DNA of 64,000 bases from Lama glama (Eukaryota): assembly GCA_028534125.1 (NCBI GenBank), contig CM052818.1, positions 16,370,001 through 16,434,000 on the forward strand. Direction: 5' to 3'. Shown in pieces: positions 26,444 through 38,919 of this stretch (position 1 is its first letter; each line of letters opens with the position of its first letter). Below the pieces are notes generated by a model, which searched no databases, was not told the DNA's origin, and worked only from the letters and a program-made list of their open reading frames with translations. The position numbers and the translations under genes were made by a program.

Positions 26444-28221
26444 TTTTATCTATTCATCACTTGATGTACATTTAGGTTGGTTTTACATCTTGGGTATTGT
26501 AAAAAGTACTGCAATGAAAATGAGAGGTTAATATCTTTTCAAGGTCTTTGATTTAAATTATTCTGGATAATAGCCAGAAGTGGAATTGCTGGATTAGATG
26601 ACAGTCCTATTTTTAGTTTTTGGGGTTTTTTTGAGGAACCTTCATACTGCTTTCCATAGTGGCTGCTCCATTTTGCTTTCCCACCAACGGTGTGCAAGGG
26701 TTCCAATTTTCCACATCATTGCCAACACTTGTCTTTTATTTTTGTTGATACAACTGTACTAACAAGTATGAGGTGATATCTTATCATTGTTCTGGTTTTC
26801 AATTTCCTAATGATTTTCATATACCTGTTGGTCATCTGTATGTCTTTCTTGAAGAGATGACCATTATGGTTCCTAGCCACTGATGCTTGGTTTGAGGGAT
26901 GATAATCATGGAGGGTTGAAGAATTCTGTTTGAGAGTTCCATTGAATCCAATGTTTCCAGATGAATGAAACTCAGAAACCTGCAAAGCTCTATTTTTAAG
27001 AGGTATCGTATTTCCAATATTGAGAGATGGAGAGAAAGAGAACAAGGTGTCTGTTTTCTGCTCGTAACAATGCATCCCCATATATAGACAGCTATTTTAA
27101 TCTTCTAATTGCCTGTTGTGTTATTTTTAATCCCTTCATACAAGTTAAGGTACAAATTAGCAATAGGGGAGTATTAAGAATTATTTTTCATCTGTAACTC
27201 AAGTCAAACCTGAAACTATCACATCCTAACTTAGTCTAGAGTCAAGTTATGAAATTAGCTATCATTGTATGATTTGGTTCTTGGTTTCTAGGCCATCTTT
27301 CCTCTCCAGAGAAGCAGGGATTATACTTCCAGGATACGTGGATTGAATATTAGCACCAATTTTTTTCCTTCTTGTTTCCTTCTGAGTAACTTCAGTTTTT
27401 TTTTACAACAGATGTATTTGATTCAGTAGTTTCTAGTTATTATATAAGCATAGTTCCTGAAATATGAAAATCTGATACCTGTTACTACACTTCATACAGA
27501 AGTGCTTTTGAATATCCATATTTTTACTGGGAAAGAAAAAAATTCTGATGCTCCTTTTCATCATCCTGACCACTGCAGAAGTCGTTCCTCCTGATCATCT
27601 CAGAATAGGAATATATATGGGTGAACCAAGCAGTATTTAATGTTGCTGATCATACACTTGGCAACAGAGAAATCAGAAATTGAGTAACATATACTAATTA
27701 AGTCCTACAATTCTGGGGTCAAGTTAATACGGCTTTATTTTCTAATATATACTAGTGCTCATTTCTTCCTCCTAAATTCATACAATTTTTTAAAGGATTT
27801 TCTAAATCTAGTAGCTGCATTTCATTATTTTTCACTGCCTTACATAAAAAAAAAATGCCAGGGGGAAAGAAACAGAATAGCCACATATTCATCGCTTTTA
27901 TTTATCCTCTTTGGTTATTTTTGCCAAATTCAATAACATCTGTCCCTAAAGATGGAATTTCTTATCTCTGTGGTTTTTGGTCAACATCTTTGGAAGAAAT
28001 AAGGCTTGACTGTGATAGCTTTCCTAAAGTATTTATCTTTAGTCACCTCTAACATCTGTCACATCTAAGTTTGCTGCATGTTTCTATCTCCAAATTTTTA
28101 TTCAAATTACTTGATGCTAAGAGTCTTCATCTGACTTGTAACTCCCAATTTAGACAGACTTTTGAAAATGAGAAAAGCTTTTACAAGACAGCACTAGTAA
28201 TCTTTATTTTTTTGTGGTAAA

Positions 28222-28376
28222 GAATAAATTATAAGGATGCAATGTACAGCATAGGGAATATAGCCAATATTTTGTAATAACTTTATATGGAGTACAATTT
28301 ATAAAAATATCAAATCACTATGTTGTACACTTGCAACTAATATAATATTGTAAGTCAACTATAATTCAATAGAAAA
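28222..28376 (+). mobile_element. Laurasiatherian L1 3' end fragment
   Basis: atgtacagcatagggaatatagccaatattttgtaataact...tgtaagtcaactataattcaatagaaaa. Confidence 0.75.
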
Positions 28377-28452
28377 GCTGCAGAAACTAAAAATGGGGAT
28401 TAACTTAAATTTAGAACTGATTGTTACATCTTTTTTTTAATGACCGTCTTTT

Positions 28453-29158
28453 ATTTTTTTCTGTATGTATATATATATTTTATTGAAGTATAGTCAGTTT
28501 ACAATGTTGTGTCAATTTTTGGTATACAGCATCATGTTTCAGTGATACATGAACATACATATACTTGTTTTCATATTCTTTGTCACCATAAGTTACTACA
28601 AGATATTGAATATAGTCCCCTGTGTTATACAAAAGAAACTTGTTTATCTATTTTGTATATATTAGTTAGTATCTGCAATCTCAAACTCCCAATTTATCCC
28701 TTCCCACCCCCTTCCCCACACCCCATCCTCAGTAACTGTAAGTTTGCTTCCTATGTCTGTGAGTCTGTTTCTGTTTTGTAAATAAGTTCATTCATCTTTT
28801 TTTTTTAAGATTCCACATCTGAGTGATATCATATGGTGTTTTTCTTTCTATTTCTGGCTTATTTCACTTAGAATGACATTCTCCAGGTCCATTCATGTTA
28901 CTGCAAATGGCATTATTTTATTCTTTTTATGGGTGAGTAGTATTCCATTGTATAAATATATCACATCTTCTTTATCTATTCATCTGTCAATGAACATTTA
29001 GGTTGCTTCCATGTCTTGATTATTGTAAATATTTATGCTATGAACTCTGGGGTGCATGTTATCTTTTTGAATTAAGGTTCCCTCTGGATATATGCCCAGG
29101 AGTGGGGTTGCTGGATCATATGGTAAGTCCATTTTTAGTCTTTTGAGGAGGCTTTGTA
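28453..29158 (-). mobile_element. Young camelid-type L1, 3' segment of a 5'-inverted insertion
   Basis: T-rich tail, 3'UTR and ORF2 C-terminus antisense; closely similar to 25146-26232. Confidence 0.9.
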
Positions 29159-29722
29159 CCTACAGCCAGCATAATGCTCAACAGTGAAACGCTGAAAGCC
29201 TTCCCGCTAAAATCTGGAACAAGACAAGGATGCCCACTCACCACTTCTACTCAATATAGTATTGGAAGTCCTAGCCATAGCAATTAGACAAGAAAAATAA
29301 ATAAAAAGGATCCAAATTGGAAGAGAAAAGGTAAAATTGTCATTACATGTGGATGACATGATACTATATATAGACCTAAAGGCTCCACACAAAAATTTCT
29401 AGAGTTGATAAAAGAATTTGGCAAGGTAGCAGGATACTAGAATAATATACCAAAATCAGTGGCATTTCTTTACACTAACAATGAAATATCAGGAAAGGAA
29501 AGTAAAGAAACAATCCCTTTTAAAATTACATCCAAAAAAATAAAATATTTAGGAATAAATCTGATTAAGGACGTGAAAGGCTTATATGCAGAGAACTACA
29601 AAACACTGACTAAGGAAATTAAAGGTGATTTAAAGAATTGGAAAGATACCCCATGTTCCTGGATTGGAAGAATTAGTATGTTAAAACGGCCATACTACCG
29701 AAAGCAATCTACAGATTAAATG
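29159..29722 (+). mobile_element. Inverted 5' segment of the same L1 (decayed ORF2 reverse transcriptase region)
   Basis: Translates to [15 protein letters not shown]..., LSLHVDDMILYI (FADD-equivalent) and AFLYTNNE...KYLGINL...WKDTPCSWIGRI. Confidence 0.9.
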
Positions 29723-29873
29723 ACTATCTTTGAACACATCTTCCAACATTAAATTTTTTTCCCAGAGACATAAATTTGCCTTTTTCCTCTTATGAGGGAA
29801 TTGTTACTTTAATTATTCATTAACCTCTTCCTGTAGAGATTCCCCAAAAATGAGAGACTGATTTACAATTTTC

Positions 29874-29950
29874 ATATATATATACATACATAAATATATA
29901 TATATATACATACATAAATATATACATATATATATATATACACATACATA
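29874..29950. repeat. (TA)n/(TACA)n simple repeat
   Basis: Direct reading. Confidence 0.9.
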
Positions 29951-31771
29951 AAATGACTGATAAAAATCATTTGGATATTACACCAACACATACTGCATAT
30001 CTTAGCATAATGACTGGTGATTATCTTGTAATTCATTACATCACACCTTAAATTCTAGGAAAAGTTTTTTAAATCTTGAAACCATCCCATATCTTAATTA
30101 GGTAACTTCCAGTTCATTAATCCCAGTACTTTGTCTCTTTTGCTCAGTATAAATAATTGACTTATTTTGGCCTATACATTTTAATGAACTTTTCTACATT
30201 TCTTCCATGGCAACTTGGTTTTGAAATTCCTACTATCCTGTTGAAAAAATAAGTTACAATTTTATTTTTACTTATTTTTATATATGTTCTGTTATGTCCA
30301 GAGACAACATCTTCTATAGACCTGTTGCAAACTACTTTTAAGAGAATATTTAATATACGCACTTACTTTGATCATCCAAGGCTCTCTCTATTGTTTTCCC
30401 CTGACAAACAAACACAAACAAAAAATAACAAAAAATACAAGGAAAGAGTAAATACAGCCAACTGGGTAAGTTTTTCTTTCTGAGTGTCCACCAGATCTGT
30501 AATTATAGGTGAGGTTAATAAGCTACTGAGCATTCTGTAAGTCAGGTAGCAGAAGGCAAAGACAGTAAAAATATACTCACTATTAATTGATGAGCACTGC
30601 CTATGAGATGCATCAGGCTTATTTGCTGCATCTTCTCACACAAAACACAACTGGACTTAACAAAGATAAATGTTACTACTAATTCTAAAACCTTGTCATC
30701 AGATCAGTAAATCTTAAATTATTATAAGCCTCTAAATTTCCAGAGAAATAACCAAAGGGTTTACTTTTAGGTTTTCTTTATTCTTTAGTTATCCTTCTTA
30801 GATACTAAGGTAAATGAAAGGGATCATGTGTAGCTTCAGAAATTTTAGAAGGTGAATTTAATATGCATTTTCTCCTTGGTTGAGAACCATGGCCCCAAAA
30901 CATTCTGGCACAAAGGAATCACGGCCACTCTGTATTTATCTTCCTTTTTCTCACTTTCAGTCAGTTGTCTCTAAATTTACCCTAAGATTAGATACGAGCT
31001 AGCAAAAAGGAAAAATTCCGAAATGTTTAAGTGAAGGATTAAGTGGTTTCTGCAATTTTTTTTGCAATTACTGCAAAAAGCCAGGAGTCCCAACACGGCT
31101 GAGAGGAGACAATAATGGAATATCACAAAGTACAAATCCTTGTATCTACTGTCCCATTTTTTTACTTTTTTCCTTTTACATATTTTCCCCTAAATGTTTC
31201 ATATATATATATACACGCACTTATTTGTTATTGTCAATAACAAATTTCAGGAAATTATAGGCTGCTTAGAGGAAAAAGTAAGGTGAGGAGGAGACACTAA
31301 TGAAGAATCAGAAGTTATGAACAGAGAGGAGGAGTCTGCAATTTCTACTAAAACAAAAGTTATCAACTTGTTCATATTAGAGCTAGTATCCTTTCCAATA
31401 GTATTAGAGACTTACTAGTTCAAACATCTTGGCTTATGGTGACATGACTGCACAGGTGATAGTGTGTTATATAGTTCATTGTACTTGTCTACAAATCACT
31501 ACACAATAGCATCAGAGTTTCAGAAGTCTCTCCTCAATGGTTTTTAAATATCATTTTCCTCAAAGAAGTTTCTGTATTTTTTTTTAAGGTAATGACAATG
31601 CTGTCAAGTTTTAGAGACATTTCCACATTATTTCAAAAATGGTAATTTCAGATTTTCTGTAAAAGGATTTTTATTACATTATGCAGGAATACCTCACTAT
31701 TGCTTTGCATTTAATGCCACTAAATTTTCCTACCGTCCCTCTTTCAAATATGTTGAATTGCCTTCAAGGTC

Positions 31772-32271
31772 NNNNNNNNNNNNNNNNNNNNNNNNNNNNN
31801 NNNNNNNNNNNNNNNNNNNNNNNNNNNNNNNNNNNNNNNNNNNNNNNNNNNNNNNNNNNNNNNNNNNNNNNNNNNNNNNNNNNNNNNNNNNNNNNNNNNN
31901 NNNNNNNNNNNNNNNNNNNNNNNNNNNNNNNNNNNNNNNNNNNNNNNNNNNNNNNNNNNNNNNNNNNNNNNNNNNNNNNNNNNNNNNNNNNNNNNNNNNN
32001 NNNNNNNNNNNNNNNNNNNNNNNNNNNNNNNNNNNNNNNNNNNNNNNNNNNNNNNNNNNNNNNNNNNNNNNNNNNNNNNNNNNNNNNNNNNNNNNNNNNN
32101 NNNNNNNNNNNNNNNNNNNNNNNNNNNNNNNNNNNNNNNNNNNNNNNNNNNNNNNNNNNNNNNNNNNNNNNNNNNNNNNNNNNNNNNNNNNNNNNNNNNN
32201 NNNNNNNNNNNNNNNNNNNNNNNNNNNNNNNNNNNNNNNNNNNNNNNNNNNNNNNNNNNNNNNNNNNNNNN
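31772..32271. other. Assembly gap (500 N)
   Basis: Run of exactly 500 N. Confidence 1.
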
Positions 32272-32534
32272 ATATTTCACCACTGAACACCCATCAATAT
32301 ACAGTGTTCTGAGATTTACTTCTAATAAGAGTCATGCCTGAATCAAAAACCTCATTAGAACAAATTTGAAAGCCTTTCTTGGCAAATGTTTGTTTAAAAA
32401 AACACTTGGGTCTAGAGGAACTTCCCTTTACTATTAAAACTCCATTCATTCTGTGATATGAGTTTTATTTCTGTGAGGAGATCCAATTTTAGAAAATGTA
32501 AAAGGCTAAAAAATGTATCTTGTATTATAACTAT

Positions 32535-33010
32535 CCTGTGTCTTCTTTCTCACTTTCTCAAGTTAAAAATAACTTCTACATGGATACAAGAACTTAAATG
32601 TAAAAGGCAAGACTGTAAACATTTTAAAGAAAATACAGAAATAGTATCTTTGTGATCTAAGAGTAAGGAATGGTTTAACAATCTATAACACATATTAACT
32701 CTATAGAAAAAGAAGAGAAAATTTACATCTACTAGAATTAATACCTTATTTTCATTAAAAACACAATAAAGGAAGGGAGAAATTCTGCATATTTGGAGAA
32801 TTTGTTTCCAATACATAACTGACTGATTCTAGTGTTAATCCCAGGAGAGGGGTGGTGGATGGGACCAGGATGCACATACAGGATGCTTCAAAGATGCTTT
32901 AAAACCTGTATTTATTAAACTGGCAGTGTCAAATTAGAAATTCAATTCAATTATTCTGTGAACTGTTCATAGTCTCTTGAAGACTTATACATTCTTTTCT
33001 ATGTTAAAAA
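32535..33010 (+). mobile_element. Old L1 (L1ME-like) ORF2 and 3'UTR fragments
   Basis: aaaaataacttctacatggatacaagaacttaaatgtaaaagg corresponds to the ORF2 KINSRWIKDLNV region. Confidence 0.6.
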
Positions 33011-33084
33011 TGAAAATAATGAAACTGTACAAACAAAATATATGACTTTAAAAACACGTGAAATTTCATTTAATTCATGAAATT

Positions 33085-33842
33085 AAATTTGGCAATGATT
33101 TCTAGACTATGACACTAAAAGTATAGGCAAAAAGAAAGAAAACATAGAAAAACTGGAGTGCATCAAACTTTAAATGTCTGTGCATCAAAGAATACAAACA
33201 AAACAGTGAATAGGCAACCGGTGGAACAGAAGAAAATAACTGTAAATCATATATTTGATAATAGGTTGATATCGAGAAAATATAAAGAACTCCTACAACT
33301 CAACAACAACATAAACAACAAACATCCTGATTAAAAAGTAGGAAAAGGATTTGAACAGTCATTTGCCCAAAAAAGATATACAAACAGCCAATAAAGTCCA
33401 TGAAAAGACGCTCAACATCTCTAATCACCAGGGAAATGCAAATCGAAACCAAAATTAGATACCATCTCACATCCATTAGGATGGGTGTTATAAAGAAAAT
33501 TTAAAAAAACAAGAAAATAACAAGTGTTGGTGAAGACGTGAAATAACTAGAACCCTTGAGCACTGTTGGTAGAAATGCAAACTGATGCAGCCACTGCAAA
33601 AAACAGTATATTTACTCAAAAAGCAAAAATAGAATTACCGTATGATCCACTCCTAGATGTATATTCAAAATAACTGAAATCCCACTCCTTCGTATGTATC
33701 CAAAGTAACTGAAAGCCCAGTTTCAGAAAGATATTTGTAAACAACCTGAATACTTAATACTAATGAATGAAATACTTAAAAATGATTAAGATGGTAAATT
33801 CTATACTGGGACACTTGCAGATTTTACCACAGTTTTTAAAAA
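33085..33842 (+). mobile_element. L1MB-like LINE-1 ORF2 3' part and terminus
   Basis: gaactcctacaactcaac, gggaaatgcaaatcgaaacc, cttaaaaatgattaagatggtaaatt; contains an imperfect 35-bp tandem duplication at about 33647-33715. Confidence 0.8.
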
Positions 33843-35470
33843 GAGTATTTAAATCTTCTTTTGCTGATATACATGAAATGAAGAAATATTTGTGATTGAC
33901 ATACTGCTTTTCAAATGAGCTTGAAATATTACTGCCCCCCAAGTATTCTGACTTCATGTATGCAATAACAGTTGAATACTTGATGTTTTGGCTTTTTCTG
34001 TATTCTTTCTAGGTTACTAGAGAGCCTCCAACTAAGGTCAAGTGCACCAGGAGGTTTATTTTTATCCATAAATGTCTCTATCAATTTTAGTTAAATAAAA
34101 TCCATGAGTCAATATGCCCAATGAGCTTACTAAAGTACTTGAAGCAACTTTACGATTAATCAGTGGAAAGGCTTATTTCACCACATTAATTTATGTTGCA
34201 GAAATTTCAGTCTATTCAGGTATGTCTACTCTCAACAAAGCTGTGTTTTTACTAATCAAACCTTTCCTCTTGCTTAGATTTCTAGGAGATCCCCTCATAT
34301 ATAATAAGCTTTTCATCTCTTTGTGTGGGACTGGTTGTATTGCAACATCCGAGTATTTTGATCCCATGTTAAATATGAGAAAATGTTTGTGTGTGTGTGT
34401 GTTTCCAATTCAGTTCATAATTGATCCTAGAGAGTATGAGGTTATTATTGTTCCATATTTATTATTTATTTGCTTATTTTACTAATAGTACCTGGAAAAG
34501 ATAGGAGTTAAAAAATCATCATCTAAGCTTGCAGCTTTTTGCGAATTTGAATTTAGACTTCTTGTGTATACTGGCTTTCATAAAAGAATAGTTAATGGAT
34601 AATTGTATTAAAGTGAGAAACATTGACTCTAAAAATGGGAAGGATTTTTATTCGATCATTCATCATCCATCTCTGTTGATCTTTTGCTCATGTGTTATAT
34701 GACAGAATCGAACGTGTTACTGAGGACATAGAAACAGCATTCTTATTGCTAACATTTGTAACCCTTCTAGAAACAAATTCTGACAAGTGAAAGCTTAGTG
34801 GGATACTATCTATTCATTTCTTTGAAATGTTTCATGTATATATTACTTACATATTGTATGTCTTAACAAATGCAATAAATTGCACTCCTGGTAGAAAAGT
34901 CAAGCTGCCTTTCCACAAATCAATAATAATTAAGACAAATAACATATTTCAATAGATTATACATGCCCAGAAACCTTGAAAGAAAGATAACATATTAATA
35001 TTTATGGTAAAAATGATGAAGCTAGTGTCACTATATTTTACTGAATATATGCAAAAATATATCTAGTATAGTTGAAATTTTAACAATAGTGAATTTTCAG
35101 CATTAGTATCTTAGAAGAGGGGAATAGAAATTCTGGAAGGAAATCAGGCCTTCATATACTAATATTTAATCTGCAGTTTATTTCATTGAACTGAACTAAG
35201 TCATGAAAAGTAATCCATTCACTGGATATATATTCATTTTCTAACCAATCCTTTTGTTTGAAATATTAGCAAGAAAAGCAAATATGTAATTATGTTTAAT
35301 AAATATTTATTGGCTGTCAAAATATTTCCACAGATTTAAAACATAATTGCAAGTGGACTGATAATCACTTGGGTGTGGCTTTTCATTAAGGAGATTATAT
35401 AAATAAGTACACAAAATATGCCGTCCAAGGTAGATGCAAAGGATGTGGTAAATCGCTTCCTAAATAATAT

Positions 35471-35503
35471 TTGTTGTTGTGGTTGTTGTTGTTGTTGTTG
35501 TTT
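35471..35503 (+). repeat. (TTG)n microsatellite
   Basis: Direct reading. Confidence 0.9.
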
Positions 35504-35749
35504 ACTATATAAGAAGCTAATTCTCCTTGGTATTCACTTCTGGGCTCTAAAGAATTGTATAATCCCTAGGGCTTAATATGTGATTCATAAAAATTCAGAG
35601 AATTGTATAATTCAAAGTACAACCTCCACAAATAACATTCCACAGATAAACGAACCAACTACCACAGAGGTAAAGAGATCTGTTTAGCATCCTATGCACA
35701 TTCCACAGTACTGAGAGAGATCAGTCTTAAATTTTCTAGTTCCACTAAG

Positions 35750-35925
35750 TTTTTTGTTTCATTCCCTTCTCTTTCTCTTCTTTCTTCCTTCTCTCCTTTC
35801 TTCTTTTTCCTTCCTTCCTCTTTCTCTTCCATTTTCTTTCATTTTTTATCTCTGACTTAGAAATTCTTTTGCTTCTTCCCTTCAATTTCTCTCTTTTTAT
35901 CCTCTTTCTAATTTCTACTTTCTTC
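35750..35925. repeat. CT-rich low-complexity tract
   Basis: Polypyrimidine run; source of the K/R/E-rich ORF at 35745-36050. Confidence 0.85.
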
Positions 35926-36569
35926 ATCAAATAAGAAAAGACTGGTCCAGCATCAGTCAAGTCAACTAGTGTTGAGGGCTGGACTGTATATAACGGACAG
36001 AGCTTGAATGGTATGCTTATGACTTGAGGCAAGGTGGGATGCATCTTCACAATAGAGTAATGAATAGAAAACTATACAGACACCAGAAAGTAAGAGAAAC
36101 TGTCATTCAAGGATTTCATAATTTCAACCCAAACTTTTCCTTAAATAAGCTATTACTGAAAATGCTCTATCTGGCATATTAATATATATTTACCAAAAGT
36201 TTCACTAACCTGCATTCACTTTTCCTCTTCATGCATGAACTATATTCCAGCACATCTAAAATATACTACACAGAACAAGAAGCCCACAAGATATTTGGCA
36301 CAAAAAGCAACTTCATGTTAAAATAATCTTAAATGCTACATATTAAGTAACAGTCATGCTTTTCGTCTAAATCTCTGAAAAGCCCAACACCAAGGAATCC
36401 TGCTTCATTTTTTAAGTCAGATTATTCTCCTAAGCACAACCTCAAACACATTGTGTGTATGTATGTAGCAACTGATGACTTTCCCATAAAGTTTATTTAA
36501 TCAACAAATGTCTACTAAATACTCTTTATTCCTGGCACTCTACTAGTTACTGAGGTTCAGTCTGAGATT

Positions 36570-36995
36570 TCAGTAATCCTATACTCCAGCTCTGTCTTAC
36601 GCTCTTCCCTCATCTAGCCACACCAGGCTACACACATCCACCCTTGAACTTTTCTTTCACAGTCTGAAACTTCAGTGCCTTGATTTAGCCTGTTAACATT
36701 GATCAGAACCACACCCCTATGTATCATATCATATTATACATCAAGTACTAGATCAATGCTTGATTTCTATTAATCTTATCCCAAATTTCCTTCCCCAAAT
36801 CTAAAATTAACTTTACCCATCTCTAAACTTCTTGGTATCTTATTCATACACATTATATGCCATTAGCTGTTTTACTCTTTCCCTCACTACACCGTGGATC
36901 TTTGTAGGTAGAGATTTACTTTAACCTCCATATCACTTTTACTTCCACAATGTCTTGCACAGTATAAGCATGAGAAAAAGTTTATCAAAGTGAGT
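36570..36995 (+). mobile_element. L2 LINE 3' part
   Basis: tctagccacaccaggct...cactacaccgtggatctttgtaggtagaga...acaatgtcttgcacagta terminus. Confidence 0.6.
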
Positions 36996-37042
36996 TTTAC
37001 ATTGAAAGAGAAAGACCTTGAAACTTTATTATTTGGTACCTA

Positions 37043-37541
37043 TATCAGGTATTTCAGATCCTCTTAGCTTTGTCTATTTCTCGTTCTAGCAGCTGCCTCA
37101 GCAGCCAGTTTACCATTGGTTTCAAGCACTTCCAAGGAGATTTCACTTACCAGAACTGTGAATCATGCCCAGGCAGAGCCTCTTGTTCCTTGCCCATATG
37201 CTTCCCCTGAAACAAAAAGAGGGACAACACTTGCCCACTTGAAGTGCAGGCCCATGTAGTGAAACTTTGAGAGTTGGGAGATGGTATATAAATTCTTTCA
37301 TTTCTCCTCCAACTTTCCCCCACCACAATCCCTGCTGCCACTGAAACTCATTAGGCTTATTAGGGACCAGTTCTGTGAGATTGAGCAATAAATTGTTCTT
37401 GGAGGAAGGCAACTTGAAAATATCTCTGTGCATTTGTCCCCAACTCATTCCCCTGTTCCCTGGGCTTATATTCCTTAATAAAGTAGTAATTCAGAAACTA
37501 TCTGTTTTAGTTTTCTGCTTTATAGGAAAACTAGATAGAGA
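37043..37541 (+). mobile_element. ERVL solo LTR (LTR33-like)
   Basis: cagatcctc start; ccctgggcttatattccttaataaagtagta...ctgctttataggaaaactagatagaga end resembles the LTR33/LTR16 group. Confidence 0.6.
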
Positions 37542-38644
37542 ATGGGATTTTTAGTTAACATCTAGTTAATCTCATAACCTCTTATACGAGTCTCTCTAGA
37601 ACAATGAATGAATGCTATAAAAAAAAGATAGCTCTGAGAATATAGTCTTCAGCCAATTTCATAATCAACTTGGTGTTAATGAATTACACATCTACTCTTT
37701 TTCTTTCACAAATCATCTCATTATATTCTTATAATTCATATTGTTTCTCTCTTATTACAGAAAATATTCTCTTCAATGTATTACTAATACTACTATTAAT
37801 ACTATTATTATCACTGGCATGAATCTTTGAGTAGATTAACACTGGTATCAGTTTGGTTGCTGCAAATAACAAAATACTAATGACTTAAATTAATATAAAA
37901 GTCTCATGTGCTACTTTGCACATGGATTAAATAAGAATACAGAGTGCTTACTTCACATTTTTAAGAACTTTATAATGTTGTTAGAACAAAAAAAAGACTG
38001 TAAAATATTGACTGTGATCTCAACAAGACACTTAAGACAGTCATGTAACCCTTACAGAAAAGAGGGCTAGAGAACCCTGGGGTGGGTGGTGGTACCCCTT
38101 TGTGGATATTTTTTTAAATAGCTGAATGATGATACCAAAAATCACATTCTCTCCAACCTGCAAAGAAATCCCCAAGTGGAATGGCTCAAATCTTTCTATT
38201 TTAATCTGTCATGTCACATTATTAAATACATTTTAATCAAGAAATTAAATTAAAATGGGGAACTGTCTACTCAATATTCAAAAAGTAAAAATATCTGAAT
38301 GATAGTAAGTATGCTAAGTGACAGAATCAATATGCTAAAAACACACAGGCAGTTGAAATGATCAGACCAAATAACAAGATGCCTTTTTTTTTTATAGCTG
38401 CTAGAAGAAAAACAACCAAAAAATGTTGAAAATCCACTGTGTGCTCAAGTAATTTACACTAACACAACTATAACTATCAAGTGAATGAATAGTTCACTAA
38501 ATCTTACACTGGTTAAATTTTATGTGAAATATATTTTCTAGTTTCTATTAATGACTACTGTTGATATGAGTTCTTCAAAAGTTGTGAGAAGTAACCTGAC
38601 CAATCAGAAAACTTGGATGGAGAGGAATCAGGAAAATAATTAAT

Positions 38645-38895
38645 TTATTAACATATTTATTCATTTCCCTTTATGCATTAAATTCATTCTTTTCATAAGG
38701 TCTTATTTAGCTCCTTGGGATTCAATGGTAAAGTAAAGAGATACAGTACTTACTGTTATCACAGAGCATACAACTTAGTAAGATAGATATTAAATAATAA
38801 ATCAAATAAAAATGTAACTAGAAATTACAATATGTGTTCTAAAACTAAGTTTCAGAGAAGATTGATTTAGATAGGAGTGTCAGGGAAGAACATTT
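38645..38895 (-). mobile_element. L2 LINE fragment
   Basis: atttattcatt tail...gagcatacaacttagt...gtcagggaaga. Confidence 0.55.
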
Positions 38896-38919
38896 TACAC
38901 ACTATTTTTAAAAAATCCA

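Larger units (their letters stand above)
24945..26860 (-). mobile_element. L1MA-type LINE-1 3' part, split by a younger L1
   Basis: 3'UTR antisense 24945-25145, resuming colinearly at 26233 (tccactctttgatcttatgaatttgactattttagat) and continuing into the ORF2 C-terminus. Confidence 0.8.

Noticed and set aside
26716..27081. 121-aa minus-strand ORF
   Set aside because: Chimera of unique sequence and decayed L1 ORF2 (KKDIQMTNRYMK...RYHL)
34114..34485. 123-aa plus-strand ORF
   Set aside because: No recognisable domain, includes a (TG)n run and has no exon structure; consistent with chance
35745..36050. Lys/Arg/Glu-rich ORF
   Set aside because: Antisense translation of a CT-rich low-complexity tract
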